DNA of 64,000 nt, taken from positions 8,256 to 72,255 of the forward strand of contig JBHHVZ010000002.1 in the NCBI GenBank assembly GCA_046756245.1, in the 5' to 3' direction. Position 1 is the stretch's first letter. Each line of letters opens with the position of its first letter. Position numbers and translations under genes: made by a program. Shown piece after piece: positions 19,776 through 30,994 of the stretch. The notes below the pieces were generated by a model, which was not told where the DNA came from, made no database searches, and was given only the letters and a program-made list of their open reading frames with translations. The stretch comes from Parvularculaceae bacterium (lineage in GTDB: Bacteria; Pseudomonadota; Alphaproteobacteria; Caulobacterales; Parvularculaceae).

Positions 19776-20387
19776 TCAAATAAACGGAACGAGTGGAATA
19801 CCCCGACGGAAGCGTTTTTCGCAGCGGTCAAGCTGGGCTCGATAACGCGCGGCGTTGCGGGCCGCCGCCTCTGCTGCGGCTCTCGCCGTGCGGTTACGGC
19901 GATAGGTTTTCCGGGCGTAGCCTTCCCAGCCTTCGCGATAGGCAAGATATTGACTGTAGGCATCATCCAGGGACACGCCGAGGCGGCGGCGGCTCTCGCG
20001 TCCGTACCAGGCGACAAAATCCGCCGCATCGGAAAAGCTGCGCCGGCTGGCGTTGCGATTTCCGCTTTCACGGCGATAGAGGTTCCAGGTTTCTTCAATC
20101 GCCTGCGGATAGCCGCGCGCCGATGATTTCCGGCCGCCGGGAAACACGAGCAGAAAGCGGCGGCGGCGCGGCTTGGCGTCCGCGTCAAAGCCGGATTCCT
20201 GACTGATAATCGCGAGCTGGATATGTTTGGGCATGCCCCAGCGCTTTTCAGCGCGCCGGGTCGCCTTATACCAGCCGCCTTTGTCTTCAAAGATCTTGCA
20301 GGCGTTGGTTATGTCGTCAGGCGGCGTCGACACGCAGCTGACGAGAACTCCGCAAGCAACAAGAGTCGCCAAGAAAAATCGTATCAT
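19776..20387 (-). CDS. Lipoprotein with an SLT-like lytic transglycosylase motif
   Basis: Signal/lipobox MIRFFLATLVACGVLVSC and AIISQESGF (SLT catalytic Glu context). Start trimmed to ATG 20387. Confidence 0.7.
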   Translation of the reverse strand: MIRFFLATLVACGVLVSCVSTPPDDITNACKIFEDKGGWYKATRRAEKRWGMPKHIQLAIISQESGFDADAKPRRRRFLLVFPGGRKSSARGYPQAIEETWNLYRRESGNRNASRRSFSDAADFVAWYGRESRRRLGVSLDDAYSQYLAYREGWEGYARKTYRRNRTARAAAEAAARNAARYRAQLDRCEKRFRRGIPLVPFI

Positions 20388-20505
20388 GGTCCGACTGTAG
20401 CGCTTAGGCAACGAGAAATTCAATTGCGCGAATTTTTGAAATGCGTGGCCGTTTTAGGCTGGGGATTGAGGCGTCGAAGATCGCGTTGACGTCTGGCTCA
20501 CCAGC

Positions 20506-21117
20506 CTACTGTTCTTTATTTCTCATTTTGTCTTGCATTCTTTCGATTTCAGGCAATATTCGTTTGAGCATCGAGATAGCGCTCTTTGCAGAAGCAATAA
20601 TCATTTGAACGCTTTCGGAAAGGGGTTTTATCGCTATCGCCCCATCTGTTTCTTCATATCCATTTTCGACACGCATATAATCCCAATTATCATATTCGTA
20701 CTGGAACTGATCGTTCAGAGCGACGTCGGAGGCTTCGAGTGTCGTCAGCGACGAGGCTAACGCGTTATATTCAATCGGCATGTAGATAACGCTGATCTCG
20801 ACGCTCTTGTTGTCAGGCGACGGTTTCAGGCTGTACTTGCACCAGAATTTGTCTTCATTTCTTCCGGCCTCTTGCGCGATCACTCCTCCCCTGAGCGGTT
20901 CAGGATCACGTTGTATGTTCGGCAATCCTTCAATAGCCACATGCGCAATCATCGGGTCGACATCCCGGTCTATTCTGCCGATAATGACTATTGCGTCAGG
21001 AGAGGGGGCGTCCTTGAACTTCCAGGCTTGTCCAGCTTGCAAGTTTAAATCATCCGCCCCCGCCGGGCCCGCCAGAGAAACCGCGGCAATAAAAAACAAA
21101 AGCGCAAGCCGGCTCAT
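20506..21117 (-). CDS. Secreted hypothetical protein encoded in a sharply AT-rich patch
   Basis: Signal peptide MSRLALLFFIAAVSLAGPAGA. The ATGA overlap with the ltaE stop implies co-transcription. Two 60-nt lines I counted are 35% and 38% G+C. Confidence 0.7.
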   Translation of the reverse strand: MSRLALLFFIAAVSLAGPAGADDLNLQAGQAWKFKDAPSPDAIVIIGRIDRDVDPMIAHVAIEGLPNIQRDPEPLRGGVIAQEAGRNEDKFWCKYSLKPSPDNKSVEISVIYMPIEYNALASSLTTLEASDVALNDQFQYEYDNWDYMRVENGYEETDGAIAIKPLSESVQMIIASAKSAISMLKRILPEIERMQDKMRNKEQ

Positions 21118-22154
21118 TGTGCCCTCGCGATATCCAAAAACGACTCGACATCCGCCTCACTGGTGCGGAACGAACAGATAAGCCGGTGTAGCCTTCCGCC
21201 GAACCGGTTCCCCGGCGTCACCCAGGGATAAAACACCGCGCCTTCGCTGCGCAGTTTATCCGCAACGTCGCCGGGGAAGACGGCGAAGACTTCGTTCGCC
21301 TCCGTCGGATAAGGAACCTCGACCCCGTCAATGGCGGAAAGTCCCGCCGCCAGCCGGCGCGCCATCTCATTGGCGTGACGGGCGAGCCGCAGCCACAGAT
21401 CGTCGGCGAAATAGGCTTCGAACTGGGCGGCGATGAAGCGCTGCTTCGACCACAGATGCCCGGCCCGCTTTCGGCGGAAAACGAAATCCTTCGCGTCGTC
21501 AGGGTTGAAGAAAACAACCGCTTCCGCCGCAATGCAGCCATTTTTTGTGGCGCCGAAACACAAGACATCGACGCCGGCTTTCCATGTCGCTTCCGCTGGC
21601 GAGACGCCGAGGGTTGCGAGCGCATTCGCAAAGCGCGCGCCGTCCATGTGAACCTTGAGGCCGCGCGCGTGGGCGCCGGCGCAAAGCGCTTTCAATTCGG
21701 TTACGGAGTAAACCGTTCCGCATTCGCTCGCCTGCGTAAGCGATAAGGCGGCGGGCGGCGCCCCATGCGGCGGCCGTTCGGGAAAACCGGACAGCGCGGC
21801 GCCGACATCTTCAGGCGTCAACTTTCCCGCCTCGCCGGCAAGCGGCAGAAGTTTCGCCCCGCCGGTGAAAAATTCAGGCCCTGCGCATTCGTCCATTTGC
21901 ACATGGCTTTCTTCATGACAGACGACCATGCCGTAGGGCGGGGTCATGACGGAGAGCGCGAGCCCGTTCGCCGCCCCGCCCGTAGCGACGAAGAACACGG
22001 CGCAATCTTTCTCGAAGATTTCACAGAAACGCACCTCGGCGCGCTTCGTGATGTCGTCGCCGCCATAGGCCGGCGCGAGCCCCTCATTGGCGCGGACGAG
22101 CGCGTCGAATATTTCGGGCGCCGCCCCCGCCCAGTTGTCGGAACCGAACTGCAT
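21114..22154 (-). CDS. ltaE: Low-specificity L-threonine aldolase
   Basis: Beta-eliminating lyase family pattern (FGSDNWAG, FFVATGGAANGLAL, CFGATKNG PLP-Lys). Start trimmed to ATG 22154. Confidence 0.85.
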   Translation of the reverse strand: MQFGSDNWAGAAPEIFDALVRANEGLAPAYGGDDITKRAEVRFCEIFEKDCAVFFVATGGAANGLALSVMTPPYGMVVCHEESHVQMDECAGPEFFTGGAKLLPLAGEAGKLTPEDVGAALSGFPERPPHGAPPAALSLTQASECGTVYSVTELKALCAGAHARGLKVHMDGARFANALATLGVSPAEATWKAGVDVLCFGATKNGCIAAEAVVFFNPDDAKDFVFRRKRAGHLWSKQRFIAAQFEAYFADDLWLRLARHANEMARRLAAGLSAIDGVEVPYPTEANEVFAVFPGDVADKLRSEGAVFYPWVTPGNRFGGRLHRLICSFRTSEADVESFLDIARAQ

Positions 22155-22303
22155 GACGCCTTGTCGCCTGACCGTCCCCGCGCGGTCAAGCGGCGCAGAG
22201 CGTCGCACGTCAAAATAATTTCATTCTGCGCCGCGCACGTTTTACGTGCTATATGTCCGGGCGTCTGACACGCGGTCCGGCATTCGAACCACGGAGGGAG
22301 ACC

Positions 22304-23272
22304 ATGTCGATCACCGTCGGTACGTTTAACCTCAACAATCTGTTCTCACGGTTCAATTTCAGCGCCGAGATCGACGCCGCGCCCGGAGACGGCGAAGGCG
22401 GCATTACGCTGACTTTCGACCAGGACGACATCAGCGTACGCGCTTTCATGGGGCGTCTCGTCAAAGCCAAAGACGCGGATGAAACGCAAAAAATCGCGCA
22501 CCGTATTCAGGACGTTATGAACGCGGACGTGCTCGCCGTTCAGGAGGTCGAACATATCGGCATCCTGAAACGCTTTAACGCCGACCATCTCGACGGGCTT
22601 TACCCGCACATCGTGCTTATCGAAGGAAACGATCCGCGCATGATCGATGTGGGCGTCATGTCGAAATTCCCGATCGGCGCGATCACCTCGCACCAGACGG
22701 CGACGCATCCCGACGATCCCAATAAGCGCGTTTTCGGCCGCGATCTTCTGCAAGCGGAGATTCTCGACGCCGATGGCGACAAGCTTTTCACGCTTTACAA
22801 CACGCACCTGAAAAGCCACTTCGTGCCGTTCGGTGAAGATCCTGTCGAAGGCGCGCGGCGCGCGAACGAGCGCAGGCGGCGTCAGGCGGAAATGGTCGCA
22901 AAGATCATCGGACGGATGGAGCGGTCCGACGCCAAATTCGTTCTCGCAGGCGACATGAACGACCCGCCGGATTCGGAATTTCTCGCGCCTATGCTGACCG
23001 TCGACAACAACCCGCTGACGAATGCGCTCGAAGACGCGACCGAAACCCGGGATCCCAAGCCGGAAACCCAGGGACCGGGACCGCAGACCCCGGTCTGGAC
23101 GCATCGTTTCAACCCGCCGGGGCCGGAATTCCCGCGTTTTGAGCTGTTCGACCAGATCTGGGTCAGCGAGCGGCTGTCGGACAAGGTGGGCATGGCGAAA
23201 ATCGACCGCCGCACGACGCATGGCGGCGACGGCAGCGACCACGATCCGGCCTGGATCGAACTCGATCTTTAG
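22304..23272 (+). CDS. Endonuclease/exonuclease/phosphatase (EEP) family protein
   Basis: GTFNLNNLF, LAVQEVE, LAGDMND, GSDHDP. ATG 22304 follows GGAGGGAG. Confidence 0.85.
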   Translation: MSITVGTFNLNNLFSRFNFSAEIDAAPGDGEGGITLTFDQDDISVRAFMGRLVKAKDADETQKIAHRIQDVMNADVLAVQEVEHIGILKRFNADHLDGLYPHIVLIEGNDPRMIDVGVMSKFPIGAITSHQTATHPDDPNKRVFGRDLLQAEILDADGDKLFTLYNTHLKSHFVPFGEDPVEGARRANERRRRQAEMVAKIIGRMERSDAKFVLAGDMNDPPDSEFLAPMLTVDNNPLTNALEDATETRDPKPETQGPGPQTPVWTHRFNPPGPEFPRFELFDQIWVSERLSDKVGMAKIDRRTTHGGDGSDHDPAWIELDL

Positions 23273-23301
23273 GGGGCGCACCTCGTGCTTCCAGCAAAAG
23301 A

Positions 23302-23329
23302 AAAACCCCGGCGCGGCGGCCGGGGTTTT
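23302..23329. terminator. Bidirectional rho-independent terminator (AAAACCCCGGC-GCGGCG-GCCGGGGTTTT)
   Basis: Perfect GC stem flanked by an A-run and a T-run, between the convergent EEP gene and hppA. Confidence 0.85.
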
Positions 23330-23355
23330 CCAGTCTTGAGAAGTCGGCGCGTTTG

Positions 23356-25485
<2,130 letters not shown>

Positions 25486-25679
25486 TTCAAACCTTCCTTG
25501 GGATGAATATTGGTTGGAAGCGGCAGGCACTCTGGAACGGGCGAACGCCCCGCCTTACGCCAGCCCCCGTTTTCATGTCGCGGCGGAAACTGGCAAAGCC
25601 GTCTCGCAAAATCAACCGAAACTTGTGGTTTGCGCTGCGCGAAGGCGCTTCAAGAACTCAAAATAAGCGAAGCCGGCGC

Positions 25680-26453
25680 TCAGGCGGCGCGCGATCGCAT
25701 GGAGCGAACCCGGTCTGGCTCGGTCTCGTCGAGCGCCCTCACCCAAGGATATTTCCCGACCATTTCGTCTGTGTAACCAAGATTGCGCGCCGTCGGACTG
25801 CGCGGCGCCTCGGCGATTTCCTCGTAATGCGTGCCGAAAACGCGATCCCAGAAGAAATTTGTGATGCCGTAATTGCCTTGTTCGTTGTGGAAATGGTGCG
25901 CGAGATGGAGCTTCTTGATCCGCCGCCAGAATTTCGACTTCGGCTCGAACGCCAGATGCTGGCCGCAATGCCAGAACTCGTAGAAGCAAGTCATGCCGAG
26001 CGCCGCTACGATCGCAGCAGCCGCGCCTGACAGCCCGCCAATAAGCCAGCCGACCGGTCCGGTGACGAACACAATCGTCGGCAATGTGGTGTGGAGCCCG
26101 CCAAACAGGACCGAAAGATCATTAGGGTGACGGTGATGATCGTAGTGAACGCGCTTCCAAAGCTTGGCCAGATGCGGCGTCTTGTACATCCAGCTGCCAT
26201 GCAGGATGAAGCGGTGAAGCGCATACCAGACCAGCGGGTAAACCAGAACGCCGGCCGCAAAGGCGAGAACAAAGCGCAGCGGCGAATCGAGGGTCGCGAC
26301 GCCGAGAGCCAGCGAGGCAACCAAAAGCAGAGCGTAAATCTGGATGCCCGGATAGGTGACATAGGCGCGTATGAGGGCGCGCAGGGTCATTCGGTTGAGA
26401 AGGTATTCCTCCTCTTTCCAGGCCTTGTATCCGATAAAAATCTTCATAATCAC
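25680..26453 (-). CDS. Fatty acid hydroxylase / sterol-desaturase superfamily membrane di-iron enzyme
   Basis: Three His boxes: HRFILH, HYDHHRH, HLAHHFH. Four hydrophobic helices. Divergent from the sphingolipid cluster. Confidence 0.85.
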   Translation of the reverse strand: MIMKIFIGYKAWKEEEYLLNRMTLRALIRAYVTYPGIQIYALLLVASLALGVATLDSPLRFVLAFAAGVLVYPLVWYALHRFILHGSWMYKTPHLAKLWKRVHYDHHRHPNDLSVLFGGLHTTLPTIVFVTGPVGWLIGGLSGAAAAIVAALGMTCFYEFWHCGQHLAFEPKSKFWRRIKKLHLAHHFHNEQGNYGITNFFWDRVFGTHYEEIAEAPRSPTARNLGYTDEMVGKYPWVRALDETEPDRVRSMRSRAA

Positions 26454-26761
26454 CGCTCCGCGCTTGAGCGCGCCGTCGCCAACCTATGCGCGGGATTGGC
26501 GGAAAACAAGCCGGACGCGACGCCGTAAACTGGCGTAAACTCCCGAATTTCCGGATTTTTGAAATATCGATGAGCAAAACTTGAAGAACCCTCCGCGCGT
26601 CGTGACTTGCCCGTTGACCTCGGGAACTGTATCGGCCCAGAATTACGTCAATCGTTAAACGCTCGCCCACAGGCGGCGCGAGCGTTGTAGTATGCGTCCG
26701 AGCAGTTGGGCAGCGTTGAAATAGGATGCCGGTCCTTATCCGGCGCAGTGCGGGGGCGTTG

Positions 26762-28531
26762 ATGGCCGTCATCCCTACTCCGACGACGAACCGAAATCTT
26801 GTGCTCAGATTGAGCGGCTTCTCGACGATCGCAGAAGCCCTCGATTACGCCGCGCGCGGGGAGACGGGCTATAATTTTTTCACTCTGCGGGGGAAAATTG
26901 AAGAAAGCCTCCCCTATGCGACCCTGCGCGATCGGGCGCGCGAGCTTGCAGCGCGCCTGACGGCGCGGTTTGATCGCGGCGCGCGGATTGCGCTCGTCGC
27001 TGAAACCAGCCCTGATTTTCTCGTTCTGTTTTTCGCCTGCCAATATGCCGGGCTGATCCCGGCGCCGATGCCGATGCCGGTTAATCTTGGCGGCAAGAAC
27101 GGTTATCTCGTCCAGATCCGTCAAATGATCCTCGGGGCCAACGCCGCAGCCGCCGTTGCGCCGGCGTCGCTGGCGGCGTTCGTTCGCGAGGCGGCGGACG
27201 GCCTTGAGGGCGTCGAGGTTTACGATTACGACGCGTTGCAAGCCATGGCGCCGAGCGAGGGGGTTGAACCCTTCGGGCCGGACGACGCTTGCTATATCCA
27301 GTATTCTTCGGGATCGACCAGCGCGCCGAAGGGCGTCATCGGCACCCAGAAGTCCGTAACCAGCAATCTTTTCGCCATCACGAAGCACGGGCTGAAGCTG
27401 ACTGTTAGCGACCGCGCCGCGTGTTGGCTGCCGCTTTATCATGACATGGGACTGATCGGTTTCGTGCTGGCGCCGCTTTTCGGCCAGCGCTCGGTCGATT
27501 TCCTCGCGACTTCGGATTTCGTCCGCAGGCCGCTCTTGTGGCTGCGACTGATGACGGAAAACAAAACGACAATCACCTACAGCCCGTCATTCGGCTATGA
27601 ACTCGCCGCCAAACGCGCCGCAAGGGCCGAGGCCCAGGCGCTGGACCTGTCGCACTTGAGGGTGGCGGGGATCGGCGGCGATATGGTCCGTGTCGAGGCG
27701 CTCAACGCCTTCTCCGACGCATTCGCCGGCGCTGGTTTCGACCGGCGCGCGTTCCTGCCGAGCTACGGGCTTGCGGAAGCAACGCTTGCGATCTCGTTCA
27801 CCGATCTCGACGAAGAAATCCGGGTCGATCATGTGGACATGCGCCACTACACCCGTTCGGGCGTGGCGCAGCCGGCCTCCGCCGTGACGTCGCCTGAGCA
27901 CAAGCGCGCATTCATCCGCTGCGGCAAGGCGCTGCCCGATCACGAAATTGAAGTGCGCGGCGAAAACGGCCAACCCCTCGACCCGCGCGTCGTTGGACGC
28001 ATTTTCATCAAGGGACCGAGCGTAACGCCTGGCTATTTCAGCGACGCGCGGGCTTCCGAGCAGATGTTCGCCGACGATTGGCTCGACACCGGCGACATGG
28101 GATATTTTCTGGACGGACAAATTGTCATCACCGGCCGGGCGAAGGATCTGATCATCATTAACGGGCGCAACATCTGGCCGCAGGACATCGAATGGACCGT
28201 CGAGAAGGTGGAAGGCGTGCGCCAGGGCGGCGTCGCCGCGTTCTCTGTCGACGATGGTTCCGGCGAGCGCGTTGTCGTCGTTGCGGAATGTCGCGGCATG
28301 GATGACGAGGCGCGCGCGGCGCTGAAGCGCGAAGTGGCCCGGGTCGTCCAGAACACCGCCGGTGCGCCGGCCGAGATTGTTCTGGTGCGTCCGCATTCGC
28401 TGGTGATGACGTCGTCGGGCAAGCTTTCGCGCGCCAAGGTCAAGCAGAAATATCTCGCCGGCGATTTCTCAGGAGCGCGCGCGGAAGTGCTCGCGGACCC
28501 GCCGCGGGCGCTCGCCGAAGCGCGGGTGTGA
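26762..28531 (+). CDS. Fatty acyl-AMP ligase / acyl-ACP synthetase
   Basis: YIQYSSGSTSAPKGV, TGDMGY, GRAKDLIIINGRNIWPQDIE (FAAL-type). The start may instead be 26726. The stop overlaps the next start (GTGTGA). Confidence 0.88.
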   Translation: MAVIPTPTTNRNLVLRLSGFSTIAEALDYAARGETGYNFFTLRGKIEESLPYATLRDRARELAARLTARFDRGARIALVAETSPDFLVLFFACQYAGLIPAPMPMPVNLGGKNGYLVQIRQMILGANAAAAVAPASLAAFVREAADGLEGVEVYDYDALQAMAPSEGVEPFGPDDACYIQYSSGSTSAPKGVIGTQKSVTSNLFAITKHGLKLTVSDRAACWLPLYHDMGLIGFVLAPLFGQRSVDFLATSDFVRRPLLWLRLMTENKTTITYSPSFGYELAAKRAARAEAQALDLSHLRVAGIGGDMVRVEALNAFSDAFAGAGFDRRAFLPSYGLAEATLAISFTDLDEEIRVDHVDMRHYTRSGVAQPASAVTSPEHKRAFIRCGKALPDHEIEVRGENGQPLDPRVVGRIFIKGPSVTPGYFSDARASEQMFADDWLDTGDMGYFLDGQIVITGRAKDLIIINGRNIWPQDIEWTVEKVEGVRQGGVAAFSVDDGSGERVVVVAECRGMDDEARAALKREVARVVQNTAGAPAEIVLVRPHSLVMTSSGKLSRAKVKQKYLAGDFSGARAEVLADPPRALAEARV

Positions 28532-29451
28532 CCGGCCGCGTCGCTCTTACAGGCGGGAGCGGTTTCGTCGGCGCCGCCATTATCGATCGATTGCTGGAAA
28601 ACGGCTTCGCTCTCAGCGCGTTGGCGCGCGACCCGCGCAGGCTCAAGCGCGCCGGCGACGTCGACGTCGTCAAAGGCGGGCTTTCGCATGCGCCCGCGCT
28701 CGACCGTCTGGCCGACGGCGCCACGATCTTTATTCACTGCGCCGGTCTCACCCATGCGCGCCGCGACGCGGAATTTACGGCCGTCAACGTCGAAGGAGCC
28801 CGCCTGGCCGCCCGCGCCGCGCGCGTCGCCGGGGCGAAATTCATTCTGATCTCGTCCCTCGCCGCCCGGGCGCCGCATCTCTCCGCCTACGCCGCCAGCA
28901 AGCGCGCGGGCGAATGCTTCGCTGAGGAAGCCGGCGAATGGCTCGCTCTGCGCGCGCCGGCCATGTACGGGCCTGGCGACGCGGCGACGCTTCCCTATTT
29001 CCGCATGATCAAGCGCGGCCTTGCGCCGGAGCCGGCGACCGAGCCTGTTCCGCGCGCCTCGATCCTGTTTGTCAGCGATTTTGCGGATGCCGTGCTGGCC
29101 GCATTCGACGCGCCGGCCGGCGTTGTCTACGAGGTGGGCGACGATCGGCCGGACGGCTATACTTGGCGCGAAATCGGCGCGGCGTGCGCGGCCGCGATGA
29201 AAACCGACGCAAGACCGCTGCGCCTGCCCGGCTGGGCGATGCACGGCGTCGCCGGCCCGGCCAGCGCCATCGCCCGGCTTTTCGGCGGGGCGCCCATGGT
29301 GACACCGGGAAAAGTCCGCGAATTCTTTCACCCGGACTGGGCGGCGCGCGACAATCTTTTTATTGAAGCCGCCGGCTGGCGACCGGCGACGCCGTTAGAA
29401 GAAGGGTTTGCAAAAACCGCCCGGTGGTATCAAGAAAACGGCTTGCTTTAG
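28528..29451 (+). CDS. NAD(P)-dependent epimerase/dehydratase-family SDR (candidate ceramide/3-ketosphinganine reductase)
   Basis: TGGSGFVG Rossmann loop, YAASKRAGE (Y-x3-K), GTG start coupled to the ligase. Confidence 0.85.
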   Translation: MTGRVALTGGSGFVGAAIIDRLLENGFALSALARDPRRLKRAGDVDVVKGGLSHAPALDRLADGATIFIHCAGLTHARRDAEFTAVNVEGARLAARAARVAGAKFILISSLAARAPHLSAYAASKRAGECFAEEAGEWLALRAPAMYGPGDAATLPYFRMIKRGLAPEPATEPVPRASILFVSDFADAVLAAFDAPAGVVYEVGDDRPDGYTWREIGAACAAAMKTDARPLRLPGWAMHGVAGPASAIARLFGGAPMVTPGKVREFFHPDWAARDNLFIEAAGWRPATPLEEGFAKTARWYQENGLL

Positions 29452-29507
29452 GGCCTGTGGACACATAGCACGCGAGCCGTGCAAGAATAGTAGATGAGGA
29501 GAGCCCG

Positions 29508-29771
29508 ATGTCAGGCATCCAGGAAGACGACGATCTCGTATTCCACAAGATCTGCACGCTGCTGGAGCCGTTGAACCAGACGGGCGTGAAGCTCACCCGC
29601 GACACTGATCTGGTGGCCGACCTCGAAGCTGACAGCGTCTCCGTTCTCGATGTGGTGATGGAGATAGAAGACAATTACGATATTTCGATACCGGTCAACA
29701 CGATGTCGGAAATCAAGACCATAGGCGAACTTGTCGACGCCATTCACGCAATCAAGAGGGAACAAGGCTGA
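29508..29771 (+). CDS. Dedicated acyl carrier protein
   Basis: LEADSVSVLDVV phosphopantetheine-Ser motif, 87 aa, ends 3 nt upstream of spt. Confidence 0.88.
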   Translation: MSGIQEDDDLVFHKICTLLEPLNQTGVKLTRDTDLVADLEADSVSVLDVVMEIEDNYDISIPVNTMSEIKTIGELVDAIHAIKREQG

Positions 29772-29774
29772 GAC

Positions 29775-30989
29775 ATGAGTTTGTTTGATAAATTTGAAAA
29801 AACGGCGAGCCTCTATAGAGAGCTCCTCGGCGCCGAGCGCGATCCGTTCGGCGTTTCAATGGACGCCATCAACGGCCCGACCCGGGCGACGGTAAAGGGC
29901 CATGAAATCGTCCTTGCAGGAACGAACAATTATCTCGGTCTGACGTTCAAGGAGGATGCAATCAAGGCGGCCCAGGACGCGCTCGCCGATCAGGGCACGG
30001 GCACGACCGGGTCACGCTTCGCCAACGGCACTTACGCCGGCCACCGCAAGCTAGAGGCTGCGCTCGCCGATTATCTGGGCTTTAAGCATTGCATTGTGTT
30101 TTCGACCGGCTATCAGGCCAATCTCGGCGCGATTTCGGCCCTCGCCCAGCCGCCCGAAGACATCATTCTCATCGACGCGGACTGTCACGCCTGCATCTAC
30201 GACGGCTGCCAGCTCAGCGGCGCGCAGACGATCCGCTTCAAGCACAATTCGCCGGAAAGCCTCGACAAGCGCCTCGCCCGTCTCGACTCCTCCTCAAAGG
30301 GCAAGCTTGTTTGCATAGAAGGCATGTACTCCATGTTCGGGGACGTGGCGCCGGTCGATGAATTCGCCGACGTCACAAGCCGGCACGGCGCATATCTTTA
30401 TCTCGACGAGGCGCATTCTTTCGGCGTGTTCGGGGAAACAGGGCGCGGCGTCGCCGAAGCCCAGAACGTTCTGGACAAAGTAGATTTTTATTCCGGAACG
30501 TTTTCGAAAAGCCTCGGCTCGATCGGCGGCTTCGTCGCCTCGAACCATCCCGAGCTCGAATATCTGCGCTTTTCGAGCCGGCCCTATATGTTCACGGCCT
30601 CCCCGTCGCCGGCGAATATCGCCTCGGCGTCCGCGACGCTCAAACATGTCGCTGGCGATTCGAGCCTGCGCGAACGGTTGTGGGCGAACGCCAAGCGCAT
30701 CCATGGGGCGTTCCGCCAGATGGGATTTCAGCTTTGCGCGCCCGTTGGCCCGGTGATCGCCGTGCGGCTTCCCGACAAGCAGACGGCGTTTATGGCGTGG
30801 AATTTCCTCATGGAAAACGGGGTTTACGTCAATCTCGCGATCCCGCCCGGGACGCCGAACGCCGCGTCGATTCTGCGCTTGAGCGTTTCAGCCGCCCATA
30901 CCGACGACGATCTCGACATCGTCGTCGCCGCCTACAAAGCGCTTGCCGAGAATTTCGAGAACGCGCTGGTCGCTTCGCCCGTCGGTTGA
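29775..30989 (+). CDS. spt: Serine palmitoyltransferase (alpha-oxoamine synthase family)
   Basis: Collinear with my memory of Sphingomonas SPT: GTNNYLGLTF, GTTGSRFANGTY, VFSTGYQANLG, RFKHNSPESLDKRLARL, LDEAHSFGVFG, GTFSKSLGSIGGFVASNHPE, RPYMFTAS, GVYVNLAIPPGTP. Confidence 0.9.
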   Translation: MSLFDKFEKTASLYRELLGAERDPFGVSMDAINGPTRATVKGHEIVLAGTNNYLGLTFKEDAIKAAQDALADQGTGTTGSRFANGTYAGHRKLEAALADYLGFKHCIVFSTGYQANLGAISALAQPPEDIILIDADCHACIYDGCQLSGAQTIRFKHNSPESLDKRLARLDSSSKGKLVCIEGMYSMFGDVAPVDEFADVTSRHGAYLYLDEAHSFGVFGETGRGVAEAQNVLDKVDFYSGTFSKSLGSIGGFVASNHPELEYLRFSSRPYMFTASPSPANIASASATLKHVAGDSSLRERLWANAKRIHGAFRQMGFQLCAPVGPVIAVRLPDKQTAFMAWNFLMENGVYVNLAIPPGTPNAASILRLSVSAAHTDDDLDIVVAAYKALAENFENALVASPVG

Positions 30990-30994
30990 TCGCG

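Noticed and set aside
28033-29331. 432-aa minus-strand ORF.
   Set aside because: It lies antisense to the acyl-AMP ligase and SDR genes of the sphingolipid cluster and looks like noise in composition.
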